In this document: one piece after another, positions 22,218 through 56,141 of the stretch | How the letters are laid out: the number at the start of each line of letters is the position of its first letter | Position numbering within the stretch: the first letter of the stretch is position 1 | NCBI RefSeq assembly: GCF_009914755.1 | Contig: NC_060940.1 | Length of the DNA stretch: 64,000 bases | Source: the human T2T-CHM13v2.0 reference genome, Homo sapiens | Reading direction: 5' to 3' (one strand) | Position numbers and translations under genes: made by a program | The notes under the pieces: generated by a model | Databases searched by the model: none | What the model saw: the letters and a program-made list of their open reading frames with translations, nothing else | Told to the model about the DNA's origin: nothing

Positions 22218-22390
22218 GCAAAAATTAGCCAGGCATGGTGGTGAACACCTGTGGTCCCAGCTACTCAAGAGGCTGAGGTGGGAGGACAGCTTGAGCCAAG
22301 GAGGAAGAGGTTGCAGTGAGCTGAGATTGCATCACTGCACTCCAGCCTGTGTGACAGAGCCAGACTCTGTCTCAAAAATAAATAAATAAA
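22046..22390 (+). mobile_element. AluJ with a (TA)(CG)5(CA)n tract in its linker
   Basis: Alu consensus; alternating tract at 22174-22220. Confidence 0.9.
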
Positions 22391-22569
22391 CTTGGGACAT
22401 TTCACATAAAACCCTACTGTAGCTGACTGCTCTGGAAAAGTGGGGAAGTCTGACGACAGTGGGCCAGCCTTCCCCCATGGCAGCACTTGTTCAGAACTTG
22501 GGAGAGACCGTCCCCTTTTGTGAAGCATGTGCTTCCCTGGTGTGTGGAGAGATAAAAGAATAGAAAACG

Positions 22570-23100
22570 CTGGGAACACCAGCATTTCAAGATCAAAGCG
22601 TCAAGAAAAAAAGGTAGAAAGAAAAGAAAGATTCAAGACTGAGGGGGTTGGTCTTTCACTTGAAGACCATAGAAGTGATGGAAGACCAGGAAGAAATGAG
22701 AGAAGGTTTGTATTTTAGAAAAAGAACTTGGGTATATCTATTCTTTTCAAACATGCTTGGAACATTTACAGAAATTGATTACTGGGCCACAAAGGAAGCT
22801 TCAAGAAATTCTCAAGAATCTATAGGTGACATTCATGAACCACATGCTGTGAAAGTGGCATCAGAGGCACATAGGAATACAGACTTTTGAGAAGGAGGGT
22901 GTGGTCAGAATCGTCAATGCTCTGGAGAGGTCGAGTAAGATGCGCCACTGATTTAGAATTTGATGGCCAACAAAGGCCATCTTAATAGAGAGGGGAGGAA
23001 GCCAGATCGAACTCCAAGAGTGAAGAGTGGAAGTTGAGGAAGTGGAGAGGGAATGCTGACTGCTCTTTTGGGAAGTATGGCTTCAGAAGGGAAGACTTGA
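22570..23100. mobile_element. L2 fragment
   Basis: ggtcagaatcgtcaatgctctggagaggtcgagtaagatg resembles L2. Confidence 0.6.
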
Positions 23101-23143
23101 AGACATAGGAGCAGAGATAATAATCCATAAAATAAAAACAGGC

Positions 23144-24155
<1,012 letters not shown>

Positions 24156-25184
24156 GGTTGGGAGGTGCTGAGGAGATGCTAAGGGATTTAAGGGGAATGG
24201 ATCAAAAGGTTTGGAAGAGACGCTGACGACAATGCAGAGATGAGTTCCTAGCTGAGGTTGAAACCAGAAATGTGTAGAGATGACAGTTGGTTATCTGATC
24301 CCTCCCTCAACACCCCCATCCCCATCCTGGGGGCTTCAGAGCAGAAGCTCAGCCTGGATTCATACTGAAGTGGGCCTTAGCTGGGGTTAAGCAACTGATT
24401 CATAGAAGGCCAAGTGACGGGAGAATGCTACTGTCAAGTGATCCACTATGGATCTGGCAAAAATAAAAAGAAGGGAAAGTGCTGACAAATTAAAATGGAA
24501 GCAGTACAGCAATCAGAGGCCTCTATGAGGTGAATCTCGTTCAGCAGGAACAAGTAGTGAGTAAGGATCGAAGTTCATCATGCAGAGTGGTCCCCCATGG
24601 GGTGACAGTCCTGCCTCAGTATGACTCAGAGGACGGCTCATTCCCTAGTGGGCTCTGTGAGTATTTATTGGGCCTTTGAAGTGCCAGACTTTGGACTCTC
24701 TATTCCTGGACAGCTCTGATGGTTCAGACTTCTCAAAGCTGACCCTAAAATGCATGAGAGCTATGAGTACATAAATTTGTTGACCACAAGGCGAGGGCCA
24801 AGGCCTTGGCTAGAGAGGAAGCTTCGGGAAATAATATGCTGAGGGTGTTGGTCTTTCACCCGAAGACCACAGAAGCTTATGAAAAGTAAGTGATGAGATC
24901 AGGCTTGTATTTTAGAAAAAAAAACTTTGGTATATCTATTCTTTACAGAAATTGACTATGTACTGGGCCACAAAGGAAGCTTAAATGAATTCCAAAGAAT
25001 CTATAGACCACATTCACAAACCGCAATGTGGTAAAATTAAACATCAACAACAAAAAGAGAGCCAAAAAGGTGTAGATACAATACACCTTAAATTAGTAAC
25101 TGCAGCTGCTTCTGAGGAAGGGGCCAGGAAGTCAGAATGAACTTTTTTTTTTAACCACGTACATCTATTACTTACGAATTTTTA

Positions 25185-27222
<2,038 letters not shown>

Positions 27223-27896
27223 TTAAATATAAATATATATGGAAAGATGTTTAACCTCACTATTAGTTGGAAATAAAACAAGAAAAGGAAACCAACTTTT
27301 TCCCTATAAGAATGACAAAATGTGGTCAAGGGTAAAGAAAGACCAGTATTGTACGTATATGGTGGGGTTATAAATGTTGTATATAGCCCCTCTGGAGAGC
27401 TATTTGGTGTTACTGAAATTGAAAAAGCTTATCTAGCAATTCCACTTCTAGGAATTTAACTGAAGAAAATCTCCCATGTGTGCTTGAGATTTGCTGCAAC
27501 AATGTGGTGGGAAAAAATGAAACGTCCTAAAGAGCCATTAATAAGGAAATCAAAAAGCAAGATAGTCATGTACCACGGGTGGTCATATAACATGAAAAGG
27601 AATGAATTAACTCACAAGTGTCTACATGAATGAATCCTGAAAGCATAGATAGAGTGGGGGAAAAGCAAGATATAAAGATGATACAGCAAGATCACCATTT
27701 ATGCAAATTTGGAGCAGTGCAAAATGGCAATATTATAATTTGCCAGTAGATAAGCATATGCATATAAAACTATTTTCTATTTAAGGATTGAAAAGATTGT
27801 TATAAAGCTCAAGCTAGAGGGCCTCTAGGAAGGGGAAAGGAAGATTGGGATGGGAGAAGAGAATAAAGATCTTGAGGTTTATCTGGAATATTCTAA

Positions 27897-30418
<2,522 letters not shown>

Positions 30419-30555
30419 TAACTAGAATATTCCTTCAAGCACCAACATTTTTTAAAGATTTTTTCTATCTTTCTATATTAATTATTCAAAAATATATCTC
30501 TCTGCCATCTGAAGCACACGATGACCTTTCTTGATGAGTACAAGGTATCTTTGAG

Positions 30556-31703
<1,148 letters not shown>

Positions 31704-32164
31704 TCATTCTAGGGTCAGCTTTTCGTATTATTTCCATCTCTTCCCCTCTGTCGGGCTACCAGAAGTCCTAAGCGCTTATAATTCCCTTCTTCTAACATCC
31801 TCTAACCTGAGCAAACACATAGCCAGTCTTGTTAGAAAAAGTGGCCAAAAATTAAAACTAAATCTCAGTAAAGCATAGAAGTTTTAGTGTGTAGAACTTG
31901 TTACGCTTGTTCTCGCTTTTCAGACCTCTGTTTCCCCTGCGTCTGTGTTCTTGACTCTTTTTCTAAAAAGATAGTGAAGCTACCAGAGAAGTGATTTCCA
32001 GATAAGATACAAGGTAACAGTGATTTCCTAACCGACTTTTAAAGAGAACTGATCAAAGGCTGAATTCAGGGCAAGCTCATCAAAACCCCCAACCCAAGCT
32101 TCTGAAGAGTTCTTGAATTGTGTTGGCCGTTCTGATCCCACTAGTTTTCTGCACTTGCTCTTCC

Positions 32165-32302
32165 AGCAGCCTCAGCACCCCCTGGGAGCTCGAGACATCT
32201 AAGGAGTTGACTGAGGCCCCTCCCTGACATACTGAAGCGGAATCTGCATTTTAGCAAGATCTGCAGGTGAATTCTGAGCGTGTGAATGCTTGAGAAGCCC
32301 TG
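32165..32302. mobile_element. MER5A-like hAT-Charlie fragment
   Basis: gaatctgcattttagcaagatc...ttgagaagccctg. Confidence 0.7.
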
Positions 32303-32535
32303 ATCTGTAACACATTTAGATTCTTTCACATACCGCACACCGCATGCTCTTAAAGATTATTCCAACAGTAATATTTATCTTTCTCTCTCTCCCTCTCTCT
32401 TTCTCTCACTGGGAGCAGGTTGTAAGTCATTTCCACTTTGCATGTGTTTCATTTTCTTTTTTTTTTGAGACAGGGTCTTGCTGTGCCATCCAAGCTGGTA
32501 TACACTGCTGAATACTTGTAAGGCCCTTGATACTA

Positions 32536-33160
<625 letters not shown>

Positions 33161-33611
33161 AACTGTTGTGTTTCTTTTTAAATGGACAAAAATGGGGAAC
33201 TTCCTCCTCTCTATGGTTCTTCTTTATTAGTCTACCAGCTCCTTTGAGTCCCCCTTTTTATGATTTGGAAATTATTTATTCCTTTGGGAGCAATAAACAA
33301 ATAGTTCCAAATTGCTGCTGCTTCTTTTGTCTTCAATAAGATGTAGACACCAGGATTAGGGATGGAGTGTGGTTGGAGGATGAAAAAGTAAAATCCCTAC
33401 ATAGAGTGTCTGTTGCAAATAAAGAGCTTGGTGAATATTGTTGCTGTTCTGATGTTTCCAGAGTGTTTTACTCTTTGTCATTTAATAAGGCTTTTTAAAG
33501 TTATGACTACAATTTGATTGAAACATATAGATATTATTATATATATGCCACCGTCATAAAAATAGAGATGCAATCATATTTTTAAATCTCTTTTAATTAA
33601 AACTCACTTGA

Positions 33612-35030
<1,419 letters not shown>

Positions 35031-35195
35031 AGAGAAAGAAAGAAGAAAGAAAGAGAAAGAAGAAAGAAAGAAAAGAAAGAAAGAAAAAGAAATTGCTACT
35101 AAGTGCTGTTAGTTTATCAGTTAAGCTGGTTTAGGTACAAGAAACTGATGTGATAATCTAAGCAAAAAAAGTTTATTGGAAGGGTAGGAAGGGTA

Positions 35196-35590
35196 TTGGT
35201 GTATATTATTCAGGACAGTCCAGGTCATGCTGCTATAACAAACATTCTCAAAATTATTATTTCTAGGTAGTGGAATCTACCACATGTGGATCAGCAGTAG
35301 GCTCTGCCCTCCTTTCACTCAGACTAATGGAGGTTCCACCATCTGGTGGCTGCAGCCCTGAAACATGAAGCCTTGTTGGTGTGACCATGGCAGGGGAAGA
35401 AAGAGGCTGGGGGTTTGCACAGGGGGTTTTTACTGCCTCAGCCTGAAAGTGACATGTGTCCTTTCTACTCTAGGATCTCTGGTGAGAACTAGTCACAAGA
35501 TCTTCCCTAAATGCCAGAACACTGGGAAATGAAAGGGAACAATGGAATCATTGGCGAGCATTACTGTCTCTGCTCCAGGGTGGCTCGTAG
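35196..35590. mobile_element. MLT1-family (ERVL-MaLR) LTR
   Basis: ggtcatgctgctataacaaac...catggcagggg...gaaagtgacatgtgtc...agaactagtcac motifs. Confidence 0.65.
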
Positions 35591-35758
35591 ACTCAAATGA
35601 AAATGCTGGAGCCTCAGATTTGGGACTGAATGTGGACCAGAGAACTTGGCAGACCTTGCCAGCAGCAGCTTATGGAGGTCTGGTCAGGCTGTCATCCATT
35701 TTCAGCTATCTGTCACCCTCTCAGGATTTGCACTGGAGAAAGAGTAAGAGCAGAGAGA

Positions 35759-35796
<38 letters not shown>

Positions 35797-36057
35797 AACA
35801 ACTGATTGGCCCAGGCGGGTTCTACGTCCCACTTGAAACACAAGTTAATGGACAACTTGATTGACAGAGTTGCACTAAAAGGTGGTGGGGGGAGTTCATC
35901 CAAACAAAACTGGGGTGCTGTTACAACAAGAGAGGGAGGGTAGGTGCATAGTGAGCAAAAGTACACACTTGCTGCAGAGCTGGTCCAAATACCCACTCTT
36001 CAGAGTTGACATCATCTGGAAGGTTTATAGAAGTGGGGGCTTTCCAGATTAGCTTTA

Positions 36058-36463
<406 letters not shown>

Positions 36464-36519
36464 TGAGAAGGCTATTGAGATTGAACAGAGGATATGATTT
36501 GCAGTTACATTTTCACCCC

Positions 36520-36950
36520 AACTTACCCAGCTTATCTTTCCTTCCCGTGGTGTCAACTCAGGGGACGCAAATGGGTGGAGGCTGGTTGGAATGGCTCATA
36601 CTACATCATGAGATTGGAGCCTGGTCCTCCATGTTGGCTGAGAGTCTCAGTTCTCCTCCACGTGGCCTCTCCTTGTGGTCAGCTTACATTTCCTCAAAAC
36701 GTGGCAGTCTCAGGGCAGTTGGGTTTCTTGTGTGCTGGCTCAGGGCTCCGGAGAGGATAACATCAGAATATCTTGTTCTTCCTCAGGCTTGGGCCCAGAC
36801 TAGCACAGCATCATTATCTTTTTATTCTGTGAGTTAACATATTTCAGAGGACCAGTGCAGATTCAGAGTGGAGAGGGCTGCATAAGAACACGAACACTGG
36901 GAGGTGGCTTCATTTGGGGCCATCTTTGGAGACCAACTATGATGCATGAT
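36520..36950. mobile_element. MLT1-family LTR
   Basis: ttctcctccacgtggcctctcc...ggggccatctttggagaccaacta. Confidence 0.6.
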
Positions 36951-37359
36951 GTAACTGACCTGAATTCCCAAGCCCCTACCCCCAGCTCCAGCATAAGGTA
37001 GGTAAGAAGTGACTGGCAACATAAGTGGGTCATGTTGGAGGAAAGGTAAGTCTGGAGCTAGGCCTTACAGGTGTTCAGTGCCACAGATGAAAATGATGGT
37101 GCCAGGAAAGAGGTAGGGCAGGAGGTCTTTCTCTTCATGGGCCTCTTCCCAGATTTCCCCTGTGGATCTTGTTGGCCAAAACTGAATCACATCAGCACCT
37201 CTTACTGCAAGGAAGCCTGGGCAAGTCAGAATCCGTGAAAGGGAAGTGGGATTGTTATTTCTGGCCTAAGTCAACCCTGATTCATTCTCCAGGCATGTGT
37301 GGGCCATTGCAGCCTGAATTAATCAGGAGGGAAGAAGAAGTGCGACGATAACTGGCCAG

Positions 37360-38060
37360 TGATACACAGTGGGAGGTCAGTACAAACCTACCCCAAAGGC
37401 CGAGGAAGCTGAGAGGTTGAAGAAAGAGGCTGACAAACCCAGTTTTTCAGAGACAAATTTTTGTTGTTGTTGTCATTGTTGTTTTTAGAGACAGGGGCTT
37501 ACTCTGTCACCCAGGCTAGAGTGAAGTGATGTGATCAGAACTCACTACAGTTTTAACCTCCTGGGCTCAAGCAGTCCTCCCACTTCAGCCTCCCGAGTAG
37601 CTGGGACTACAAGTCACACACCACACCTGGCTAATTTTTTTTTAATGTTTTGTAGAAACGGCCTCACTATGTTGTCCATGTTGGCCTCAAAGCCCTGGGT
37701 TCAAGTGATCCTCCAACCATAGTCCCCCAAAGTGTTGGGATTATAGGCTGGAGCCGTGGCTTCCTAGAAAGAAGCATTTAACTGGGACTTGTGAAGAGAA
37801 GCCACGTATCCAATGGTTGAGAAATAGTAGTCCCCTGTGCTGCTACCTCCCAGCCCCAAGACCAGGGCTTATATACCATAGGGAAATTGCCTAAGGGCAG
37901 GATTTATGATTAGCATGTGTTTACAATAACATCAAGGTTGTTTTGACCTAAGGGCAGGCTTTGCAGTAAGTAGAAATCTTAGAGGCATTCCTGCAACTGT
38001 GGTGAATCTTAAGTCAACATGGTGGATCTGCATCCAAAATGGAGTTGCTTTCGCCTCACA
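37360..38060 (-). mobile_element. ERV1-type solo LTR (MER93-like) with AluJ at 37460-37765
   Basis: Reverse complement begins tgtgaggcgaaagcaactccattttggatgc...atgttgactt...ggaatgcctctaagatttctac. Confidence 0.6.
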
Positions 38061-38224
38061 GTAGGCGACATACAGAGGATGTCACAAGCAACAAAAAACA
38101 GGGAAAGCAGCTTGGAGGATATAGCTTTACTTCAGGTGAGAGGAGGGTGGGGCTGGACCAGGGCAGAAGCAGCAAGGAGTGGGAAATAAGCCAGATGTGA
38201 AAATGAACACAGAAGTGGAGGGTA

Positions 38225-38597
38225 CTGCGTGGAATACTATGCAGCCATAAAAAAGAATGAGATCATGTCCTTTGAAGCAACATGGTTGCAGCTGGAGACT
38301 GTTATCCTCAGTGAATTAACACAGGGACAGAAAACCAAATACTGCATGTTCTCGCTTATAAGTGGGAGCTAAACATTGAACATGCATGGTCATTAACATG
38401 GGAACGATAGACACGAGGGACTTCTAGAGGGAGGATGGTAGGAGGGGGCAAGAGTTGATACGCTTCCTATTGGGTACTATGCTCAGTACCTGGGTGATGG
38501 GGTCATTTGTACCCCAAACCTCAGCGACGCACCATTTACCCATGTGACAAGCCTGAACAGGTACCCCCAAAACCTAAAAGCTGGGAAATAAAAAAAG
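38225..38597 (+). mobile_element. L1PA/PB 3' end fragment
   Basis: ggaatactatgcagccataaaaaagaatgagatcatgtcc through 3'UTR and A tail. Confidence 0.88.
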
Positions 38598-38835
38598 AAG
38601 CAGAGTGCACAGCCCATGGCTGCTGTGACTGTCTTTCACAAGCGAGAATGGGAAAGAGAGACAGAGAGGGAAGTCAACAATGACAACATCATTTCCAGCT
38701 TGCTTAATTGGATGGTGACACCGTCCAAGCACAGAAGTTAGCTCGCGAGAGACAATGACTTTGCCCTAGGCATTCTGAGGGCAAGAGGTGTGAGAGAACA
38801 TGCTCAAGGTGTGGATCATGAAACACGAGGGCATG

Positions 38836-40337
<1,502 letters not shown>

Positions 40338-41059
40338 TTAAAATGTATATTGATACCACTCCTCACTTCTAGCTTGTTTTTGACCTGCAAACCAAGAAGT
40401 AAGCATTACATCAACCTGTACAAGGTGCACATCAGTGATTCCTGCAACATCCTGCATCATGATGGGACCGGTAGTTGATGTGGTAAAAATATGTTGTGCA
40501 TTAGTCTTTCCCACGAAATTTTTTCTAGCCACAAAATTAACCAGAAATAAGAGAAGCATAGCCCCATCCCCCCTTTTCTCAGCAACACAGAAAGGCAGTG
40601 TCTCCAACACAAGAGAATGAATAACCTGCCAAAAACTAAGTTAGAAATACTGATGAAACCAGGTTAGATGATACGCCGTAGTTTCTCTGCCATCCCACAG
40701 TGGATTGAAACCATGTTACAATTTGATGATGGGATGTCCCAGAGCAAATGAACAAGGTTGTGCCAGCAGAAATGAAGCCTGAGGATTTGGGGTCATTCAC
40801 TTGTGAATGATTCCTCTCTCCCTGTCTTCTTTCTCTTCCTTTTTGCTGTATTTTTTTTCATGTACTCACTCTCTTCCACAGACAGACTGCGGAACTGCCC
40901 ATGAGGCCAAGCACCTATTAGTAGACCAAGAAGCATCACCCATCCATGGCCTAAGTCGGCAGCCAGCTATTGTTCTCATCTGAGTCTGGGAGTTCAGGAT
41001 TTCCATCCTGACCCGGCTACTTTCTTTCAACAGTTACCCACTGTAAATTTCCGAATACT

Positions 41060-41520
41060 TTCAGCTACTAATCCCAGTGTACCCAATTAAAAATGGCTTT
41101 CCTAATAAAGGCATTTCAGATCGAATTTAGCAAAGTGTTCCAAGGTAGGAGTTTCCAGGGCTGGGGCAGAAACTCAATGATCTTATAAAGGCCCCTGCTC
41201 TGACATCTTCAGCATGTTGGCTTTTATCCTTGGCTCTGTCCTCATGGTTGCAAGATGGCTGTCACAGCTCCAAGTATCTCCTGCCTCCAAGACAATGTCC
41301 AAAAATCTCTTTCTCTCTCTCTCTTTTTATCAGAGAGGAAAATCTTTCCCAGAAGCCTCCTTGCACACCTTCATTCAAGCTCCATTGCCCAAGATTAGGT
41401 CATCCACCCCCCCTAGCTGTAAGGAGCCTGGGGAGGTGAGTACCTTGCATTTTCAGTCTCTATAGTGGAAAAAAGGAGTTGGAATGACTACTTGGTAGGC
41501 AACCAAACATCCACTACAAG
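41060..41520. mobile_element. MLT1-family LTR
   Basis: ctcatggttgcaagatggctg...aaaatctttcccagaagcc...cctagctgtaaggagcctggga. Confidence 0.65.
41104..41109 (+). terminator. Candidate poly(A) signal of the divergent lncRNA
   Basis: AATAAA about 220 nt downstream of the strong acceptor at 40881. Confidence 0.45.
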
Positions 41521-42857
41521 TAACAGTGATGGAAATAAAAAGTAATAATGACAGCTAACATGAATTATGCTATTAATACATGTTAGACATTGTTCTAAAG
41601 GGTTAACATGCATTGGCTTAGTTCATCCCAAAAATACTAACGAGATCCGTATTATTGTAGTCCTCATTTTATAGGCAAGAAAATGGGCTCAGAGAGACTT
41701 TAAAAATTTGCCTCCACCCCTGCCCCTCCCAGCAAAAAAGAAAAAACTTGCCCCCAGCCCGCAGAGCCCCAGTTAGAAAGCCCACACTTGGCCTTTTGGA
41801 GACCAAGGTCGGTGAGACATTCCTTGGCATCAAAAGATTCACAGTTCAGAGGAAGGCCCAGGCCAGAAAATAAATGACTGAAATATCACGAGTGAGGTAA
41901 GTGCTGATCTAGGAGAAATAGGGTGTTAGCAAGAAAGTGTCTGGCCGCAGCATCCCTTGGCCCCTCTCCTAGGACTGCCAGGCCAATCTTGTGTTTCCAG
42001 TGAAACCTCCCAGGGAGGAAGCGAACAGAAGAAGTTGCCTGAGGTGCATGAGCCAAAGCTGGGGCCTCAGTTGTGGAAGCATCTCCCAAACTGGGATGAT
42101 GGGGGTGGGGGCATTTTGGAGGGTGTGACAATGCTGTGTTGCCTCAAAGTGCCCAGAGAGGCACCAGGACCCTAGCAGGAGTAACTGCATGACGCTATAA
42201 GGGAGGTTGCACCCCCCCAGCCACTGCCAGGTGCCTGTGCCCAACCTGGGAAGGAGTAGCGAGGACACCCACCTTCCAGGACCAGATGGAATTGGAAAAT
42301 ACTGCACTGTGTTGCCTGCTGCAGATAGGAGACAGAGGGCCCTCTCTAAGTGTCTGTGCTGTGTAGGACACCCCATCCCCTATCCTCTGTTTCCCCCTTT
42401 GGTTCTCTGTAGGCACAGAGAGAATCCAGACAACCACTGAGAGCAATTTATTGTACTCTGGGGCTTGAGGCCTTGGCACCAGACTTAATTGTATTTGAAA
42501 CAACAAATTCCTATGGCGTGTCGTACATCCAGAGAGAAAGCCAGTCTGAGCTTGGGGCTGCATGTGCAGATCAGTGGGAATGCAGAAAGAGATAACACTG
42601 TGTCTATCATAGGAGAAGGAATCCAAGAAGGCTCCTGTACACTTTCATGCCCAGATGAGGGGCAGTGTCAGCAGGGTACTGAAGGATAAATAGGAGTTCG
42701 CCAGGTGGACAAAAAAGGAAAAAGTTCTACACAAGGCAAAGAAGTATGAAAGACATTCTGGAGCTGTGAGCGTTCTGATATTGAGCACACAGGCCCATAG
42801 ATAAGGCAGGTAGAGAAGACCCAGAGGCTTTCTCTTGTGCTCCAACACTTTGGGTAG

Positions 42858-44362
<1,505 letters not shown>

Positions 44363-44631
44363 TAATTCATAAACCATACGATTCACCCATGTAAAGTGTA
44401 CAATTCAATGGCTTTCATCTTCAAATGCCTGTGCTGGGATTAACACTTCAGCATGCATGTCACCAACTAGAAGAGCTCGCCTTTTGTCCATAATTTTTTA
44501 AATGTAAAATTTACATATAATGAAATTCACAGATCTTAAGTGTATCATTTGATGAGCTTTGACAAAATTCATTCACTGGTGCAATGCAAATCTCTATCAA
44601 AATATACAACCATCAAAATATAGAACAATCT

Positions 44632-45714
<1,083 letters not shown>

Positions 45715-46009
45715 ACCACCACACCCAGTTAATTGTTTTTATTTTTTGTAGAGATGGGGGTGTTACTGTGTTGCCCAGGCTGGTCTCAAACTCCTGGGAT
45801 CAAGCGATCCTCCTGCCTTGGCCTCCTAAAGTGCTGGAAGTACAGGCATGAGCCACCGCACCCAGCCTGAGCAGCTTTCAATTGCTGGTTGGTCACTTGT
45901 ATTTCTTCTTCAGAGAAGTGTCTATCCATATATATATAATATATGTATAAGTCCCTGTGCTGGGATTACAGGAGTGAGACACTACACCCAGCAAATTTAT
46001 TCCTTTGCA

Positions 46010-49280
<3,271 letters not shown>

Positions 49281-49439
49281 TTCTGATTAGGATTTTGAAA
49301 ACAACATAGAGCAGAATAAAAAATAATAAAATAAATAGCTGCTTGCAGGGTGAAATACTGCTTTGTAGATCTTTGTTTCAGATAGATAGAGGATAGATTT
49401 TTGTGTATGTGTGTGTGTCTGTATGTGTGTATGTGTGTC

Positions 49440-52014
<2,575 letters not shown>

Positions 52015-52109
52015 TAGGAAACAACCTAAATCTCTATCAATAAGGGGTTGATTAAATGCCCATACAGTGGAATTGTATGCTGCCAATAAATGAGTCATTA
52101 TTATCTGTG

Positions 52110-52397
52110 TCTGGGTTGGCAAACTTTTTCTCTAAAGGGCCAGAGAGTAAATATATTAGGCTTTGTGGGCCACAAGGTCTCTGTTGCAACTACTCTACCC
52201 TTCCATGGTATTGCTAAGGCAGCCATACATAGATGATTTGTAAATGAATAGGTGTGGTTGTGTTCCAATAAAACTCTATTTATACTTGTTTTTTTATAAC
52301 CACTTAAAAATGCAAAAGCGACTCTTACCTTGTGGTTTGCACAAAAACACGCAGTGGGCCAGATTTGGCCCAAGGGATATGGTTTGCTGAGCACTGA
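52110..52397. mobile_element. MER58 (hAT-Charlie)
   Basis: gggttggcaaactttttctctaaagggccagagagtaaata...gccagatttggccc...gtttgctga. Confidence 0.85.
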
Positions 52398-52609
52398 TCT
52401 ATTTTCGTGGACACAGAAAGATGACCAATTGTTGGGGTTTCACTCAACACTTACCACTTAACTTGCATGGGGTGAGCCTGTTTATATAAGTGGGGTGTGT
52501 ACATGTGTACATGCATGTGTGTGCATATAGAGAGATGTTCATCAGGATGTCACCAGTGGTTACTTTTGTGATTTCAGATGACATTCATGTAATTAGGAAG
52601 AAAAAATAA

Positions 52610-52783
<174 letters not shown>

Positions 52784-52789
52784 TGAGTA

Positions 52790-53215
52790 TTGTATCAATC
52801 AATTATCCAGCTAATATAATGCTGCCAAAGTGCTCATCAGGATGCAGCAATAAGTGTTTCTTGCTTACACTGTAGTGGTTGGCTGGGCTGCTGCATATGT
52901 TGGCTGCTGGCTGATCTACAGGGGCCTCAGCTGAGACAATTGAGAGGACCTTACTCCACGTGTCCCTTATCCTTCTATGGACTAGCCCAGTCTGCAAACT
53001 TTCTGTAGCCATGGCAAACATGCAAATAAGTCTGATCATAGCTAATTACAAGCCTCTGTCCCATTGCATCTGCTAACATCCATTGGCCAATACAAGTCAC
53101 ATGGCTGAGCTCAAAGTGAGAGGACACTTGTAAGTTACATGGCAAGAAGCATGGACCCGGGGAGCGGTAAAGAATGGGAGTGTCATGGCAGTCTCTCACA
53201 AACATGGGTTATCTT
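52790..53215. mobile_element. MLT1-family LTR
   Basis: ctgctaacatccattggccaatacaagtcacatggctgagctcaaagt. Confidence 0.7.
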
Positions 53216-53761
53216 CATAGTCAGCAAAGGCAGTACAGCTGGTTTTAAGCAGAATGGCTCCCAGAGCTCTAGCCCTGCATCCTCTGGGTGGTACAGGTGA
53301 TAGACACCTGTGGAAGGACAGGTGACTGTCTATCTCAGCAGCTCCAGAAAAATTTCAAAGATTCTCATTAACTCCTATCAGGTCGCATGGCCATCTCTGA
53401 CCCAATCAGTAAGGCCAAGGCACTGCAGTGTTCTGACTGTTGACTCCTGAAAATCACCTGCCCACTTTCACAGCCAGAGGTGGAGTCAATTCTACCTGAA
53501 TTTTTTGGACTGAGTGTTAGGGAGGGGTGGTTCACTGGAGGCATATCCAGGATGTTACAGAGGTGGCTGGCTTGGATTAGCTCTCCCCTGAAATGCAGAT
53601 TAGAGGGCCAGTAGCATATTGTGATGTGATCCCAGAGGGCACCAGTAACAGGGAGGGGGAAATGAACAGGGAGGCAAGAAAGTCGATAAAAGGAGTATTA
53701 ATGAGCAGATTATTGCTGGGGGAAACTGGGTCCTCTGGGAGACTGTGTTGAAAAACCCTCA

Positions 53762-54195
<434 letters not shown>

Positions 54196-54710
54196 TCAAG
54201 ATTCACCCTGACTGGAATAGCTTGGGGCATTTAAGTAACATGCTTACCTCTGACCAAGCTCTGTGGCACTGTGTCCAGAGAAACCGGTGTACTAGTTGAC
54301 TTAGGTTCGGGCCACATGCTCCAATCCTAGGCTGGGCACGGAGCCCCATCTCGACATATGAATGGAGAGGGGCGGTTCGGAGGTAGCCCCCAGGGGCAAA
54401 GCAGGGCTTTTGCCGAGCAACAACGGGACAAATCTACATGGGAGACAAGCTACCCAAATCCACTATAAACAATCTCTGCGGCTTCAGCCAACTAGCTGAA
54501 AAGGAAGAACTCTGGGAGCTGACAGGTTGTCGTCCTGCAAACAGGTGAGGCTGTTCTTGGACCATAGAAAACCTTCTAGGGGAGCCCCATTGTTCCAAGA
54601 ACTAGTCCCTTAACTGTCTGGGGCTTCAGCTCCTCCTCTGCCACTTCCTGGGCAGTCATGGGTGACTCACTAAACCTCTCCAGGTCTCAGCCACATTGAT
54701 AACTTCATTG

Positions 54711-54758
54711 TCCATCCATCCATCCATCCATCCATCCATCCATCCATCCATCCATCCA
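54711..54758. repeat. (TCCA)n tetranucleotide repeat at an L2 tail
   Basis: Direct read. Confidence 0.9.
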
Positions 54759-55108
54759 CCTGTTCATTCATTCACTAAACATTTATAAGCATTTAAGTAT
54801 GCCATGCACTCTGTAGATTCTGAGGATAAACACAGTTGTTCACAGCTATATCACAGTATCTAGCACAGTGCCTGGCACATAGTAAGTGCTCAAGAAACAC
54901 TGATTCAAGGAATAAATGAACAAGATAAAGTCACTGCACTCAAAGAGCTGACTGTCTAATAGAGAAAACAGACACTTAGAATTACAATATACTGGACACC
55001 TATCCAATGTGCTTCGGGTAAACAGGAAGGAGCTTGTCTGGAAGGCTGAAGAAGGCTCCACTCAGGAAGTCACAGGCCTTCAAGGAGAGGGGGATTTCAG
55101 CAGGCTGA

Positions 55109-55475
<367 letters not shown>

Positions 55476-55937
55476 AAAATTAATATTATTAATCACTTTC
55501 CATGGACCAGACATTTTATTTTTGCCTTTACACTCTTAGAAAGGACTAGAATTTATCCACCATGAAATCTTGGCATGCCTAGACTCCTTCTGCCTCTTGC
55601 TCTCCCCTCCTCTGGGTCTCAGCTCTCACTTAAATTATTGTGATGCTCCCCGCCCCCCAAACCCATCAGTCAATAGTTGTGTCTCCCTCTGGTTCACCAT
55701 CCGAATGGCTGCCAGAGGGATTGTTTCAAATTTCAAGGCTGAGCCTCTCGTTCCTTTGTTTGGAATCCTTCAATGGCTCCACATCTCCTGAAGGCTGTGT
55801 TTAAGACCTTTTGTAATATGACCATGAATTGCATTGCATGCCCCACCCCTGGCACTCCCTAAGGTATACTTGTACACCTCCAAACTTTGCTCCCACTGCT
55901 CTTTCTGCCTTGGGTGCCCATCTCCCCTTCTGCCTCC

Positions 55938-56141
55938 AATTTGGGGGCTATTTTTACTCTCCAGAGGACATTTGGCAATGTCTGGAGACATTTTGGATGT
56001 CACAACTAAGGGGATGCTTCTGCAATCTGCTGGGTAAAGATTAAAAATTCTGCTAAACATCCTACAATGCACAGAAAGTCCCCCACAGCAAAGAATTATC
56101 TGGCTCGAAATGTCAGTAGTGCTGAGGTTGAGAAATCCTGC
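55938..56141. mobile_element. MER20 (hAT-Charlie)
   Basis: ggacatttggcaatgtctggagacatttt...gctgaggttgagaaatcctg. Confidence 0.88.

Noticed and set aside
40338-40620. 90-aa and 61-aa ORFs in unique sequence as a processed pseudogene
   Set aside because: No recognisable protein similarity, poly(A) tail or TSD.
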